Counted from the stretch's first letter, positions 9,006-20,173 are shown. The stretch is 64,000 bases of DNA from Longimicrobiales bacterium (GCA_965218295.1 CBDCKN010000015.1:352001-416000); one strand, 5' to 3'. Notes: a model not told the origin generated them from the letters alone. Program-made: numbers and translations.

Positions 9006-10396
9006 TGGCCACGGCGACCGAACAGCCGAGGGGCGCGCTACCCCATCCGGATGTCCATCGCCTCGACGAGGTCAACCGGGATGTCCTGAGGGCGCTGGAG
9101 CGACCAGGACTGGGCTGGTGGCTACTCTTCGGCGTGGCCGTCGCCGGACTCGGGGTCTTCTTCGGGTCCTGGGGCATCCAGCTGTGGAAGGGGGTCGGAG
9201 TCAGTGGACTCACGAGTCCGGTGGGCTGGGGTGTCTACATCACCTCCTTCGTGTTCTGGGTGGGGATCGCCCACTCGGGCACACTGATCTCGGCCATCCT
9301 CTTCCTCTTCCGGGCGCCGTGGCGTCAGTCCATCTACCGTACTGCCGAGGCCATGACCGTGTTTGCTGTCATGACCGCGGGGCTGTTCCCACTCATCCAC
9401 ATGGGACGCGTCTGGCATGGATATTGGATGATTCCGTATCCGAACAGCCGCTTCCTGTGGCCCAACTTCCGCTCGCCCCTGGTCTGGGACGTCTTCGCCG
9501 TGACCACGTACTTCACGGTCTCGGCGGTCTTCTTCTACCTGGGGACGATACCCGACCTGTCCGCCGCCCGGGATGCGGCGACGGGTGTGAGGAAGAAGCT
9601 CTACCAGGTCATATCCCTGGGGTGGCGCGGCACGGACCGTGAATGGCACCACTTCGGCAAGGCATACATCTTTCTGGCCGCCCTGGCCACGCCCCTGGTC
9701 CTGTCCGTCCACTCCGTGGTTTCCTGGGACTTCGCCGTGGCGATCGTGCCGGGGTGGCACACCACCATCTTCGCTCCCTATTTCGTCGCAGGCGCCATCT
9801 TCTCGGGCGTCGCCTTGGTGATCACCCTCACGGTTCCCCTCAGGAAGGTCTTCGGCCTCGAGGCGTACCTCACGACCAAGCACTACGACGCCATGGCGAA
9901 GCTCTGCCTGTTCACGTCGATGATCGTGCTCTACGCCTACCTCGCCGAGTCCTTCATGGCGTGGTACAGCGGTGAGGAAGTGGAGCGGGCGGCCGCCTGG
10001 GCCAGATTCTTCGGTCACTACTGGTGGGCCGCCTGGATCATGTTGGTGTGCAACGGGATGGTGCCCGTCATGCTCTGGTTCAAGCGCGTGAGGTACTCGA
10101 TACCCGCCCTGTTCGCGATTTCGATCTTCATCAACATCGGAATGTGGTTCGAGCGCTATGTGATCATCGTCACGGGGCTCCACCACGAGTACGAGCCCTT
10201 CGCGTGGGGCGTCTATAGACCCTCGCTCGTCGAGATGGGGATCGGGTTGGGGAGCTTCGCCTGGTTCGGCTTCTGGTTCCTCCTCTTCACGCGGTTGCTA
10301 CCGCCAGTGGCCATCGCCGAGCTGAAGGAGGTGCTGCCCACGCCCATGCGTAGTGCCGGACTGGCTCACGCTGGTGGGGAAGGGGGTGAGCCATGA
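9005..10396 (+). CDS. actC: Alternative complex III quinol-oxidising membrane subunit ActC (NrfD/PsrC family)
   Basis: FVFWVGIAHSGTLISAIL, NFRSPLVWDVFAV, PLVLSVHSVVSWDFA, GWHTTIFAPYFVAGAIFSG. Confidence 0.92.
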   Translation: MATATEQPRGALPHPDVHRLDEVNRDVLRALERPGLGWWLLFGVAVAGLGVFFGSWGIQLWKGVGVSGLTSPVGWGVYITSFVFWVGIAHSGTLISAILFLFRAPWRQSIYRTAEAMTVFAVMTAGLFPLIHMGRVWHGYWMIPYPNSRFLWPNFRSPLVWDVFAVTTYFTVSAVFFYLGTIPDLSAARDAATGVRKKLYQVISLGWRGTDREWHHFGKAYIFLAALATPLVLSVHSVVSWDFAVAIVPGWHTTIFAPYFVAGAIFSGVALVITLTVPLRKVFGLEAYLTTKHYDAMAKLCLFTSMIVLYAYLAESFMAWYSGEEVERAAAWARFFGHYWWAAWIMLVCNGMVPVMLWFKRVRYSIPALFAISIFINIGMWFERYVIIVTGLHHEYEPFAWGVYRPSLVEMGIGLGSFAWFGFWFLLFTRLLPPVAIAELKEVLPTPMRSAGLAHAGGEGGEP

Positions 10397-10923
10397 GCGC
10401 CACGACCGGCCTTCTGGCCTCTTACGAGTACGTGGACTCCGTGGTGAACGCCATCGAGAAGCTGAGGGCGTCGGGGCTCAAGAAGATCACCGCCTACATG
10501 CCCTATCCCGACCTTCACATCGAGGCGGCTCTCGGTTACGACCAGAGCCCCGTGCGGGTCTGGACGCTCGCCGGAGGACTCTGCGGCGCGGCAGGAGGAT
10601 TCGCCCTCACGTCGTTCACGTCCATGGATTGGCCACTCGTCACGGGTGGCAAGCCGATCCTCTCCATACCGGCGTACATTATCATCGCATTCGAGATGGC
10701 GGTGCTGTTCGGAGTTCTGGCCACCGTGATCGGCCTCTTCATCAACAGCCGTCTTCCTTACGTGAAGCCCATGGTGGTCTACGATCCGGAGTTCAGCGCC
10801 GGCCGATTCGGTGTCTATGTGACCGCCCCTCCGGACCGATTGGACGAGGCCCGCCGAATACTGCAGGAGCAGGATCCGGTCGAGCTGCGGGAAGATCCCG
10901 CGGGGGTGGCCCATGCTTCGTAA
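10393..10923 (+). CDS. actD: Alternative complex III subunit ActD (DUF3341)
   Basis: Two TM helices, DWPLVTGGKP and FEMAVLF motifs; operon position. Confidence 0.85.
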   Translation: MSATTGLLASYEYVDSVVNAIEKLRASGLKKITAYMPYPDLHIEAALGYDQSPVRVWTLAGGLCGAAGGFALTSFTSMDWPLVTGGKPILSIPAYIIIAFEMAVLFGVLATVIGLFINSRLPYVKPMVVYDPEFSAGRFGVYVTAPPDRLDEARRILQEQDPVELREDPAGVAHAS

Positions 10924-11533
10924 AGCGCGCCTCAGCGTGGTTCTGGCTCTGCTCGCGGCGACGAGCGCCTGCACGCCTCTCGACAACGTCATGGCGAGCA
11001 TCTTCGGTCGCCACATGCGGGACTCCAGATCCTTCGACCCCTACGAGAACACGCTCGCTCCTCCGCCGAACAGCGTGCCCTTCGCGGCCGGCAACATTAC
11101 TCCCGGGCCGGGCCAGCTGAATACCGGCCAGCCCGTGAGGGGCTTCAACGCCCCGCCCTTCACCCAGGCGGATCTCTTCCAGCCCGTGGTGCAAGCGCTG
11201 CCCAATCCGGTCGCGCCCGACGAGGCCTCGCTTGCCCGTGGTGAGGTGTTGTTCAATCGCATCTGCGCCGTGTGCCACGGCGCGGCCGGTGTCGGCGCCC
11301 AGGCCAACATCATCGAGAAGTACCCGCTCCTGATGGCGTTCAACCTGTCCGGACCCGTAGTGGCGGGCTACAGCGACGGGTACATCTATGGGATCATGCG
11401 CGTGGGCCGCGGCCTCATGCCGCCGTATGGACACCAGATCAGCCACTTCGATCGCTGGAACATCGTGAACTACGTCCGTGTGTTGCAGCGTCAGGCCGGA
11501 AACGAGCCGGCCGTGGCCGGGGGGGAGGACTAG
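10913..11533 (+). CDS. actE: Alternative complex III monoheme cytochrome c lipoprotein ActE
   Basis: Lipobox ATSAC, single CAVCH, MPPYG axial-ligand region, DRWNIVNYVR. Confidence 0.85.
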   Translation: MLRKARLSVVLALLAATSACTPLDNVMASIFGRHMRDSRSFDPYENTLAPPPNSVPFAAGNITPGPGQLNTGQPVRGFNAPPFTQADLFQPVVQALPNPVAPDEASLARGEVLFNRICAVCHGAAGVGAQANIIEKYPLLMAFNLSGPVVAGYSDGYIYGIMRVGRGLMPPYGHQISHFDRWNIVNYVRVLQRQAGNEPAVAGGED

Positions 11534-11536
11534 GCC

Positions 11537-12841
11537 ATGAGCCACATCCACGTCCCCTCCGAGATTCCGGTCCGCTATCTGCCTCGCTCCAAGAACGCGG
11601 ACATGCTCTTCGTGGGCATGTTCGTCGTGGGGTTGGCGGGCTTCATTTTCGCCCTGGGCAACGACGCCGACCGGGCCTGGCAGTCCTACGTCTCCAATTG
11701 GCTCTTCTTCACGAACGTGGCCATGGGGGCGATGCTCTTCACCGTGGCGACCTGGATAACCAAGTCGAAGTGGAACTGGTCGGTCCGGCGGGTGAGCCTC
11801 TCCTTCGTGGCGTTCCTTCCCATCTCCTTCGTCATGCTTCTGCCCATGCTGGGGCTCGGGGAGTCGTTCTTCCCCTGGATTGCGGAGATGGCCCACGATC
11901 CCATCCTCCAGAAGAAGGCGGCATACCTCAACATGCCGTTCCTGGTGACGCGGAACGTGGTGGGGGTGGTGGTCCTCTTCGGGGCTTCGCTGTACTTCGC
12001 CTACATGGCGCTCCGCCCCGACATGGGACTGGCCAAGGACAACGGTGACTCCGATCCGGGCCGAGCGGCTTGGCGGGAGCGTCTCACGCAGGGCTGGAGG
12101 GGCCAGGAGGCCGAGGAGGTCCACTCCTATCGGCGCATGACCAAGCTCGGTCCGGCCTTCGTGATTCTCTACGTCGTGGTGATGAGCATCCTCGCGTACG
12201 ACTGGGTCATGTCCCTCGAGCCGCACTGGTTCTCCACCATGATGGGCCCGTGGTTCTTCATGGGCGCGTTCTGGAGTGGCATGGCCGCGACCGCCTGCTT
12301 GGTCACGCTGCTCAAGCGGGACCAACGGTTCGACAAGGCCATGGGGCGGCAGCAGCTCCACGACCTCGGAAAACTGACCTTCGCCTTCTCCATCTTCTGG
12401 GCCTATCTGTTCTTCGCCCAATACCTGGTGATCTGGTACGGGAAGCTTCCGTGGGAGCAGGCCTGGATCATCCACCGGGCCGAGGAGCCCTGGGGACGGC
12501 TGTCGGCCATGGTAGTCGTGATGTGCTTCGTCGTGCCCTTCGCGTTTCTCATGGGGCGGAAGCCCAAGATGAATCCGGCGTTCTTGCGGACCGTCACGTT
12601 CGTCATCTTGGGGGGTCTCTGGCTCGAGAAGCATCTCATGGTGGCACCGTCCATCCGGGACCACGGCACGCCTCCCATCGGAGCGACCGAATTCCTGATC
12701 GCGCTCATGTTCCTCGGGCTGTTTCTCTACGCAGTGCGGTGGTTCCTCTCGACCTTCCCGGTGATCCAGGTCTGGCAGCCCATGGTGGATCCGGAGACTC
12801 TCGAGGTCGAGGTCCTGGGGGAGGGCGCATCGGTGGGTTGA
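11537..12841 (+). CDS. actF: Alternative complex III membrane subunit ActF
   Basis: Multi-TM protein with DWVMSLEPHWFST, HDLGKLTFAF and QYLVIWYG motifs. Confidence 0.88.
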   Translation: MSHIHVPSEIPVRYLPRSKNADMLFVGMFVVGLAGFIFALGNDADRAWQSYVSNWLFFTNVAMGAMLFTVATWITKSKWNWSVRRVSLSFVAFLPISFVMLLPMLGLGESFFPWIAEMAHDPILQKKAAYLNMPFLVTRNVVGVVVLFGASLYFAYMALRPDMGLAKDNGDSDPGRAAWRERLTQGWRGQEAEEVHSYRRMTKLGPAFVILYVVVMSILAYDWVMSLEPHWFSTMMGPWFFMGAFWSGMAATACLVTLLKRDQRFDKAMGRQQLHDLGKLTFAFSIFWAYLFFAQYLVIWYGKLPWEQAWIIHRAEEPWGRLSAMVVVMCFVVPFAFLMGRKPKMNPAFLRTVTFVILGGLWLEKHLMVAPSIRDHGTPPIGATEFLIALMFLGLFLYAVRWFLSTFPVIQVWQPMVDPETLEVEVLGEGASVG

Positions 12842-12865
12842 CAGCGGGTGTCATCCCGACCGGGC

Positions 12866-14398
12866 TCAGGTACGCCTCGGGCGGTCCTTGTTCTCGTACA
12901 TGTGCCGGTCGGCGGCCTGAATGAGCTCCTCGACCCCGATCATCTGGTTCGCCTCGAAGTGGGCCATGCCGGCGCTCACGGTCACCCCATGCGGCGCCAG
13001 AACGCGGTCCGCTCGGATCCGCTGCTCCACCCGTGCGAGATAACCCCGGGCGCCCTCTTCGTCGCTCTCGGAGAGGACGGACACGAACTCGTCGCCGCCG
13101 TATCGGGCCACGAGGTTCATGGCCCGGTTCTCGTCGGCCAGGACGCGTCCGAATGCCTTGAGGATCTGATCACCCACCAGGTGACCCAGGGTGTCGTTGT
13201 AGTGCTTGAACTCGTCCAGGTCGAAGAGCACTAGGACGAGACGCCGGCCCCTTCGCGCGGCGGCCACCTCTCGCTCCAGGTGGAGCTGGAGGTGCCTCCG
13301 GTTTGGGAGACCCGTCAACACGTCCGTGAGGGAGAGGGCCTGGATGCTCGCGTGAAGCTCGGCGTTGTCCAGCGCGACGGATGCCTGACCAGCCAGACGG
13401 GTGAGCAGTCCAATATCGTACTCGGAGAAGCCCCTGGGCTGCTTCGACCCGGCCGCCAGGGCGCCGGCGACGCGTTCTCCGATCACCAAGGGGACGGCTA
13501 CTCCGCTCCCGCTCTCCAGGAACTCCCTCATGTGCTCCGGAACGAGGGGACTTGCTGCCAGATCGTCGATCACGAACGGCTTGCCCTTATTCACCAGGGT
13601 CTCGTACAGCGGGCCTTCGAGATCCCAGGTGGCGCCCACGGGAACCTGGATGGGGCCTACCGAGGCTCTCACGGTCGCGAGAGTGTGCTCGAAGGTCCAA
13701 ACGCCGGCACCATCGACGTCCAATAGGTCAATGCCAGCCGAGGAGACCCGGCCCAGGACCTCTTCGAAGTCGAGAGAGCTGGTGAGGGCCCGCCCGATCT
13801 CCTCAAGCTTTTCCGCCTCGCGGGAGCGCCGATCCAGCTCGGCCACATGTCGTGCGTTCTCGATGGTCGCCGCCGCCAGATCTGCGATCCCTTCCAGGAG
13901 CTCCAGGTCCTCTGACCCGTATGCGTTGGGACGATAGCTCTGGGTGCTGAGAGCACCCCGGACCTCGCCCTTGTAGATGAGGGGAGCAGAGATGGCGGAC
14001 CGCGTGATCTCGGTCTCCTCTTCGCCCAGGAGCATGACGGACTGGGCGCTCAGCCGGTCTTCGACGGTGGTCGACTTTCCGGTACGGATCACCTCGCTGT
14101 CCGAGCCCTTGTAGGTGATGTCACACTGGCTCTCCTCGCCTCGGTCGGCATAGAAGACCACCGTGGCGAGATCCGCCTCCGCGTCGTACAGGGAGATGTA
14201 GAATCCGGCCGCCTCCACGACCCTTGCCGTCTCCCTGTAGATGGCCCGAAAAAGCTCTTCGGGACTCAGGGTGCCGGTCAGGGTACGGCCGATATCGAGC
14301 AGAACGCGATAGCGGTCGGCCAGAGGCGCACGAATACTCGTCTCGGCAGAGTGCATGCAGAGTCCATTAAGGCCGCGATGGGATCGCGGCAGATTCAC
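12866..14398 (-). CDS. Diguanylate cyclase with two GAF domains
   Basis: TDVLTGLPNRR, FDLDEFKHYNDTLGHLVGD, RYGGDEF; two upstream GAF-like segments; start uncertain (14357 possible). Confidence 0.9.
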   Translation of the reverse strand: MNLPRSHRGLNGLCMHSAETSIRAPLADRYRVLLDIGRTLTGTLSPEELFRAIYRETARVVEAAGFYISLYDAEADLATVVFYADRGEESQCDITYKGSDSEVIRTGKSTTVEDRLSAQSVMLLGEEETEITRSAISAPLIYKGEVRGALSTQSYRPNAYGSEDLELLEGIADLAAATIENARHVAELDRRSREAEKLEEIGRALTSSLDFEEVLGRVSSAGIDLLDVDGAGVWTFEHTLATVRASVGPIQVPVGATWDLEGPLYETLVNKGKPFVIDDLAASPLVPEHMREFLESGSGVAVPLVIGERVAGALAAGSKQPRGFSEYDIGLLTRLAGQASVALDNAELHASIQALSLTDVLTGLPNRRHLQLHLEREVAAARRGRRLVLVLFDLDEFKHYNDTLGHLVGDQILKAFGRVLADENRAMNLVARYGGDEFVSVLSESDEEGARGYLARVEQRIRADRVLAPHGVTVSAGMAHFEANQMIGVEELIQAADRHMYENKDRPRRT

Positions 14399-14447
14399 TT
14401 AATCTCAACTATATGAGTCGCAGTCGTGAGGTACAACAAAAAAATGG

Positions 14448-15212
14448 CTAACTGGTTGGATCATTAGGGGTTTCGGCCCTGTCGAAATATCGTTGCATCT
14501 CGTAGCCGATGGCTCTCACGAGACGCACCTCTCGGAGGTCAGGCTCTGCCCGCGAGAGAAGGGTCCGAAGCGTCCGGAGCACCCCCTCGGGGTGCCGGTC
14601 TCCCTTGAAGAAGTCGATCCGGTAGAGCCCCTGCTCCAGGGCCGTATACATCTGTTCCAGGTCCGCGTGGGTGGCCGGACCCGCATCCCGCTTGTATCCC
14701 GGAAGGGGAGCCTCGTCGGTGGCTGCCAGGTAGATCTCGTAGCAGAGTACCAGGCAGGCCTGGGCCAGGTTGAGGCTGGAGTACTCGGCCGACGTGGGTA
14801 CGACGGCGATGGCGTGGCAGAGGTCCAGGCCCTCGTTCGTTAGCCCGCGATCCTCCCGGCCGAAGACCAACGCCACGGGGCCTTCGGCGGCCCTCAGCAC
14901 GATGGTGGGCGCCACGGACCGGGGCCGTAGGTAGTTGCGCTGAGCGGTGCGTGGGCGGGCGGTGGTCCCCACGGTGAACACCGTGTCGGCCAGGGCATCG
15001 CGGAGGGTCGGGAACACATCGGCTGACTCCACCAGTTCATCGCTCCGGTGGGCGATGCCGGTGATGCGGCGGACGTCGTACTCTTCGGGGTCCACCAGGC
15101 GGAGCCGCGACAAGCCCATGTTCATCATCACGCGAATGACGCCGGCTATGTTGACGACGTCCTTGGGCTCGTCCAACACAACGACGATGTTATTGAGGGG
15201 TGACATCGCCAT
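14448..15212 (-). CDS. trmJ: TrmJ/TrmH-family SPOUT RNA methyltransferase
   Basis: NIAGVIRVMMNMGL, VFGREDRGL, SLNLAQA. Confidence 0.82.
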   Translation of the reverse strand: MAMSPLNNIVVVLDEPKDVVNIAGVIRVMMNMGLSRLRLVDPEEYDVRRITGIAHRSDELVESADVFPTLRDALADTVFTVGTTARPRTAQRNYLRPRSVAPTIVLRAAEGPVALVFGREDRGLTNEGLDLCHAIAVVPTSAEYSSLNLAQACLVLCYEIYLAATDEAPLPGYKRDAGPATHADLEQMYTALEQGLYRIDFFKGDRHPEGVLRTLRTLLSRAEPDLREVRLVRAIGYEMQRYFDRAETPNDPTS

Positions 15213-15224
15213 CAGATGGATCGC

Positions 15225-15419
15225 CTACGGGCTGTCGTCGTCCCTGGGCTCCTCCAGAGAGCGGTCGTCGGGTGTATCCTCGCCCCCACGAAGCGCCCCC
15301 TTGAAATTCCTGATACCCTCTCCCAGGCCACGCCCGATCACGGGGATGCGCTTGGCGCCGAAGAAGAACATCACCACCAGGAAGATGAGGACCAGCTCCC
15401 AGACACCGAGGCCCATCAT
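15225..15419 (-). CDS. tatA: Twin-arginine translocase subunit TatA/E
   Basis: MMGLGVWELVLIFLVVMFFFGAKRIP...GRGLGEGIRNFK; ATG overlaps the upstream TGA (ATGA). Confidence 0.88.
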   Translation of the reverse strand: MMGLGVWELVLIFLVVMFFFGAKRIPVIGRGLGEGIRNFKGALRGGEDTPDDRSLEEPRDDDSP

Positions 15420-16585
15420 TGGAGCAGCGCCTTGGCGATGGTCTGGAGCTGCATGTTGGTCGTCCCCTCGTAGATCGTGCCGATCTTGGAGTCCCGATAG
15501 AACTTCTCCACCGGATACTCGCGGGTGAACCCGTATCCTCCGTGAAGGTCGATGCACAGGGACGTCACGCGCTGGGCCATCCTGGAGGAATGTAGCTTCG
15601 ACATTGCCGCAGGCACCGCGAAGTCCTCACCAGCGTCCTTGAGACGGGCGGCATTGTAGACCAGCAGACGCGAAGCCTCAAGTTCGGTCGCCACGTCTGC
15701 CAGCTGGAACTGCACGCCCTGGAACTTGCCGATGGGCTGGCCGAACTGCTTCCGCTCCTTCACGTACCGCAGCGTGTTGTCCAGGGCTCCTTGGGCCGTT
15801 CCCACCATCTGGGCGCCGATGCCGATGCGGCCCTCGTTGAGGGTCTCGATGGCCACCTTGTATCCCTTGCCCACCTCGCCCAGGACGTTGTTGCCGGGTA
15901 CCCGGACGTTGTCGAGGACGATCTCGGTCGTGGAGGAGGCACGGATGCCGAGCTTGTCCTCCTTCTTTCCGACCGTAAAGCCCTCCATGTCGCGATCCAC
16001 CATGAAGGCTGTGATGCCCTTGTAGCCGGCCTCGGGGTCGACGGTGGCGAAGACGATATAGGTGCCGGCCTCGCTCCCGTTCGTGATCCAGAGCTTCTGG
16101 CCCGCGAGGAGCCAATCGTCGCCGTCCTGTGTGGCCCGGCAAGTGAGGGCGAAGGCGTCGGACCCGCTTCCGGCCTCGGAGAGGGCATAGGCTCCGACCA
16201 TCTCGGTCGCCAGCAGGGGGAAGTAGCGAGCCTTGAGCTCGGCGCTACCCCAGCGCTTGAGCGCGTTGATCACGAGCGTGTTCTGTACGTCGACCAGGGT
16301 TCCGACGGATGGGTCGATTCTGGAGAGCTCCTCCACCACCAGAATGGAGGTGAAGAAGGTGGAATCTGCTCCACCGAACTCCTCGGGCACCTCGATTCCC
16401 ATGAGGCCCAGCTCGAAGAGCATGGGGAGGAGTGAAGGATCAATCTCCTGGGCCTCGTCCATTTTGGACACGAGGGGGGCTACTTCGGATTGGGCGAAAT
16501 CCCGGACCGCCTCCCGGAACATCTCCTCCTCTTCGCTCAACGTGGTGACGGCTGGGCGGGCTTCACTGGCTAGCGTGGTGGGCAT
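15416..16585 (-). CDS. Acyl-CoA dehydrogenase (short/branched-chain type)
   Basis: YALSEAGSGSDA, KLWITNG, EDKLGIRASST, IYEGTTNMQ. Confidence 0.93.
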   Translation of the reverse strand: MPTTLASEARPAVTTLSEEEEMFREAVRDFAQSEVAPLVSKMDEAQEIDPSLLPMLFELGLMGIEVPEEFGGADSTFFTSILVVEELSRIDPSVGTLVDVQNTLVINALKRWGSAELKARYFPLLATEMVGAYALSEAGSGSDAFALTCRATQDGDDWLLAGQKLWITNGSEAGTYIVFATVDPEAGYKGITAFMVDRDMEGFTVGKKEDKLGIRASSTTEIVLDNVRVPGNNVLGEVGKGYKVAIETLNEGRIGIGAQMVGTAQGALDNTLRYVKERKQFGQPIGKFQGVQFQLADVATELEASRLLVYNAARLKDAGEDFAVPAAMSKLHSSRMAQRVTSLCIDLHGGYGFTREYPVEKFYRDSKIGTIYEGTTNMQLQTIAKALLQ

Positions 16586-16718
16586 GTCTGCTATCTTTCC
16601 AGCGGGCTGTATCAGTGCTTTCGTCGGCTACCGAACTCCACGAAAGTTATCCGTGCGGGTCGGGTGTGAAAAGGCGAGGCGCCGGATCTACGGGCGTCCA
16701 TGGGCCACCGTTTTGACC

Positions 16719-16746
16719 TTGACGCTTCTCGAGAATTCTCTATTGT
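16719..16746 (+). promoter_or_regulatory. Sigma70-type promoter of gcvH
   Basis: TTGACG-16 nt-TATTGT; GGAGGAG SD before the ATG at 16779. Confidence 0.45.
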
Positions 16747-16778
16747 GACCGCCCTAGACCTTCGACCATGGAGGAGCG

Positions 16779-17168
16779 ATGTCCGAAATCCCCGAAGGAC
16801 TTCGATATACGGAGGAGCACGAGTACCTCAAGGCCACCGATGAAGACGGGGTCTACCAGGTCGGTATCACCGATTACGCCCAGGGGGAGCTGGGGGACAT
16901 CGTGTTCATCGAGCTGCCGGAGGTCGGGGCGAGCTTCGACAAGGTGGCTACCTTCGGCACCATCGAGGCTGTGAAGGCCGTGAGTGACCTCTACTGCCCC
17001 TTGGCCGGCGAGGTGGTCGCCGTGAATCAGGCCCTGGATGACGATCCCTCGCTGGTGAACAGCGATCCGTACGGGGCCGGTTGGATGATCCTCCTGCGCG
17101 TCACTGATGAGAGCGCCTTGGGGGATCTCCTGGATGCGGCTGGCTACCAGGCTCTGGTCGGCGAGTAG
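16779..17168 (+). CDS. gcvH: Glycine cleavage system H protein
   Basis: GITDYAQGELGDIVF; lipoyl-lysine motif IEAVKAVSD; VNSDPYGAGW. Confidence 0.96.
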   Translation: MSEIPEGLRYTEEHEYLKATDEDGVYQVGITDYAQGELGDIVFIELPEVGASFDKVATFGTIEAVKAVSDLYCPLAGEVVAVNQALDDDPSLVNSDPYGAGWMILLRVTDESALGDLLDAAGYQALVGE

Positions 17169-17230
17169 GAGCTGATCTCTAGTCCCACCGCGGAAACGGC
17201 ATTCGCGGCCCGACACTTCCGAGGAAGAAC

Positions 17231-20143
17231 ATGTCCCTAGAGATAGATACGGAGGGTCGATTCGCCAGCCGGCATATTGGCCCTCGTGATCATGAGATCG
17301 AGTCGATGCTGGCGTCTCTGGGTGTGAGCTCCCTCAGCGAGCTGGTCGACCAGACCATTCCCGACTCCATTCGCCTGCAAGGCGACCTCGAGCTACCCGA
17401 CGCCTCTCCCGAGCATCGGCTTCTCCACCGGCTCGAGGAGATCGGCTCCAAGAACCGGGTCTTCCGGTCCTACATCGGGATGGGATACCACGACACGGTC
17501 GTACCAGGCGTGATCCTGAGGAACATCCTCGAGAACCCCGGTTGGTACACACAGTACACGCCCTATCAGGCCGAGATCTCCCAGGGGCGCCTCGAGGCGC
17601 TGCTGAACTACCAGACCATGGTGATGGACCTCACCGGCCTGGAGATCACGAACGCGTCGCTCCTCGATGAGAGCACGGCGGCCGCCGAGGCCATGACCAT
17701 GCTCTCCGGTGACACCCGAGACGAAAAGCGAACACGCTTCTTCGTCTCCGAAGCCTGTCATCCGCAGACCATCGAGGTCGTGAAGGGCCGGGCGGCGCCG
17801 TTGGATATCGAGGTCGTGATCGGAGCACACGACAACTACGATCTGGAGTCCTTCGGGGACCGGCTCTTCGGTGGTCTGGTCCAGTATCCGGCCACCGACG
17901 GGGCGGTGCATGACTACCGGTCCTTCTGCGACTCCTTCCACGAGCATGGAGCCGGGGTCGTCGTAGCCGCCGATCTCATGGCTCTCACGCTGCTCACTCC
18001 CCCGGGCGAGCTCGGGGCCGACATCGCAGTCGGCAACACGCAGCGTTTCGGAGTGCCCATGGGCTATGGCGGCCCTCACGCCGCCTACCTGGCGGCCAAG
18101 GACAGGTTCATGCGAAGGATGCCGGGCCGCATCATCGGCGTCTCCGTGGATGCCGATGGAAACCCGGCCCTGCGGATGGCCCTCCAGACCCGGGAGCAGC
18201 ACATCCGTCGCGACATGGCGACGTCGAACATCTGCACGGCCCAGGTGCTCCTGGCCATCATGGCGGGCATGTACGCCGTGTATCACGGTCCCGAAGGGCT
18301 ACGACGCAAAGCCAGCCGCATCCATCACCTGGCCGCGACCTTGGCGCACGGCCTTCGCGAGCTCGGCCATACCGTCGTACACGAGTGCTTCTTCGACACG
18401 CTTCATCTGGTGCCCTCGGGCGTCTCGGGGGAGGACGTCCTCCGTCGGGCCCGCGAGCTGGAGATGAACCTCCGCGACTATGGCGACGGGACGGTGGGCA
18501 TCACGGTCGACGAGACGACAGAGCCGGAGGACATCGACGACCTCTTCAACGTCTTCAGCGACGGGGGGCCACGAGGCGGCGGCGTGAAGCTGAACGCGAG
18601 GAAGGTGTCGCAAGAAGCGTTTTCCGCCCTTCCCGACGCTCTCGTGAGGACGTCGCAGTTTCTGGAGCACCCGGTCTTCCACAGCTACCACTCCGAGACC
18701 GAGATGCTCCGGTACATCCACCGGCTGGAGAGCCGGGACCTCTCGCTGAACACGAGCATGATCTCCTTGGGGTCGTGCACCATGAAGCTGAACGCCACCA
18801 CCGAGATGCTGCCGGTCACGTGGAGGGCGTTCGGCGGGCTCCACCCCTTCGCCCCGACGGACCAGGCCGAGGGGTACCAGGAGCTTCTTTCGGATCTGGA
18901 GACCTGGCTGGCCGAGATCTCCGGCTTCGCTGCCACTTCGCTCCAGCCCAACTCGGGGGCCCAGGGGGAGTACACGGGCCTCCTCGTCATCCGGGCGCTG
19001 CACGAGAGCCGTGGGGAGGGCCACCGCGACGTGTGCCTCATACCCTCGTCGGCCCACGGAACGAACCCGGCGAGCGCGGTCATGGCCGCGATGAGGGTCG
19101 TCGTGGTGCAGTGCGACGAGATGGGGAACGTCGATCTGGACGACCTGACGGCCAAGGCCGATGCGCACGCGGAGGATCTGGCTGCCATCATGATCACGTA
19201 TCCGTCCACCCACGGCGTCTTCGAGTCGGAGATCCGGAGGATGTGCGAGATCGTGCACGGGCGGGGCGGACGCGTCTATCTGGACGGGGCGAACCTGAAT
19301 GCCCAGGTCGGCCTATGCCGGCCCGGTGACTACGGCGCCGACGTCTGCCACATCAATCTCCACAAGACGTTCGCCGTACCACACGGGGGAGGCGGACCGG
19401 GCGCCGGGCCCATCTGCGTAACCTCCGAGCTGGCGCCGTTCCTTCCGAGCCATCCCGTCATCGAGACGGGTGGGCCCGAGGCGATCCTGCCGGTCGCGGG
19501 TGCTCCCTGGGGGAGCGGTAGCATCCTGGTGACTTCCTGGGCGTACATCGCACTCCTGGGTAGGGAGGGCGTTCGCAGGGCCACGGAGGTGGCCATCCTG
19601 AACGCCAACTACATGGCGAACCTGCTGCAAGATCAGTTCGACGTCCTGTACCGTGGGGAGAACGGACGCGTCGCCCATGAGTTCATTCTCGATCTACGCC
19701 CGCTCAAGAAGAGCACTGGAATCTCGGACGAGGACATTGCGAAGCGCTTGATGGATTACGGCTTCCATGCCCCCACCATGTCTTTCCCCGTCGCGGGCAC
19801 GATGATGGTCGAGCCCACCGAGAGCGAGTCCCAGGTCGAGCTGGACCGGCTTTGTGATGCCCTCGTCTCTATCCGGGCCGAGATCGAGGAGGTAGAGTCC
19901 GGCGTGGCGGATCCGGAGGACAACGTGCTCAAGAATGCCCCGCATACCGCCGCCATGGTCACCGCGTCGGAGTGGGAGCGTCCCTACTCGCGAGAGAAGG
20001 CCGCATATCCGGCTCCCTGGACCAGAGAGTACAAGTTCTGGCCCCCGGTCCGGAGGCTGAACAACGCTCACGGTGACAGACACTTGGTCTGTGCCTGTCC
20101 CCCCATCGAGGCTTATGCTGAGGTAGCAGCCGGAACAGGCTGA
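17231..20143 (+). CDS. gcvP: Glycine dehydrogenase (decarboxylating), single-chain
   Basis: [42 protein letters not shown]-lysine [14 protein letters not shown]. Confidence 0.97.
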   Translation: MSLEIDTEGRFASRHIGPRDHEIESMLASLGVSSLSELVDQTIPDSIRLQGDLELPDASPEHRLLHRLEEIGSKNRVFRSYIGMGYHDTVVPGVILRNILENPGWYTQYTPYQAEISQGRLEALLNYQTMVMDLTGLEITNASLLDESTAAAEAMTMLSGDTRDEKRTRFFVSEACHPQTIEVVKGRAAPLDIEVVIGAHDNYDLESFGDRLFGGLVQYPATDGAVHDYRSFCDSFHEHGAGVVVAADLMALTLLTPPGELGADIAVGNTQRFGVPMGYGGPHAAYLAAKDRFMRRMPGRIIGVSVDADGNPALRMALQTREQHIRRDMATSNICTAQVLLAIMAGMYAVYHGPEGLRRKASRIHHLAATLAHGLRELGHTVVHECFFDTLHLVPSGVSGEDVLRRARELEMNLRDYGDGTVGITVDETTEPEDIDDLFNVFSDGGPRGGGVKLNARKVSQEAFSALPDALVRTSQFLEHPVFHSYHSETEMLRYIHRLESRDLSLNTSMISLGSCTMKLNATTEMLPVTWRAFGGLHPFAPTDQAEGYQELLSDLETWLAEISGFAATSLQPNSGAQGEYTGLLVIRALHESRGEGHRDVCLIPSSAHGTNPASAVMAAMRVVVVQCDEMGNVDLDDLTAKADAHAEDLAAIMITYPSTHGVFESEIRRMCEIVHGRGGRVYLDGANLNAQVGLCRPGDYGADVCHINLHKTFAVPHGGGGPGAGPICVTSELAPFLPSHPVIETGGPEAILPVAGAPWGSGSILVTSWAYIALLGREGVRRATEVAILNANYMANLLQDQFDVLYRGENGRVAHEFILDLRPLKKSTGISDEDIAKRLMDYGFHAPTMSFPVAGTMMVEPTESESQVELDRLCDALVSIRAEIEEVESGVADPEDNVLKNAPHTAAMVTASEWERPYSREKAAYPAPWTREYKFWPPVRRLNNAHGDRHLVCACPPIEAYAEVAAGTG

Positions 20144-20173
20144 GGGCTCTCAACGACAGTGGAGGATCCGAAA

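Noticed and set aside
7548..12664. Long antisense ORFs (484, 354, 623 aa) opposite the act genes; similar ones opposite maeB, pckA and the symporter
   Set aside because: These are shadow ORFs expected in GC-rich coding DNA and show no recognisable motifs.
16586..16778. Possible glycine riboswitch upstream of gcvH
   Set aside because: No aptamer motifs are visible; the region is explained by divergent promoters.
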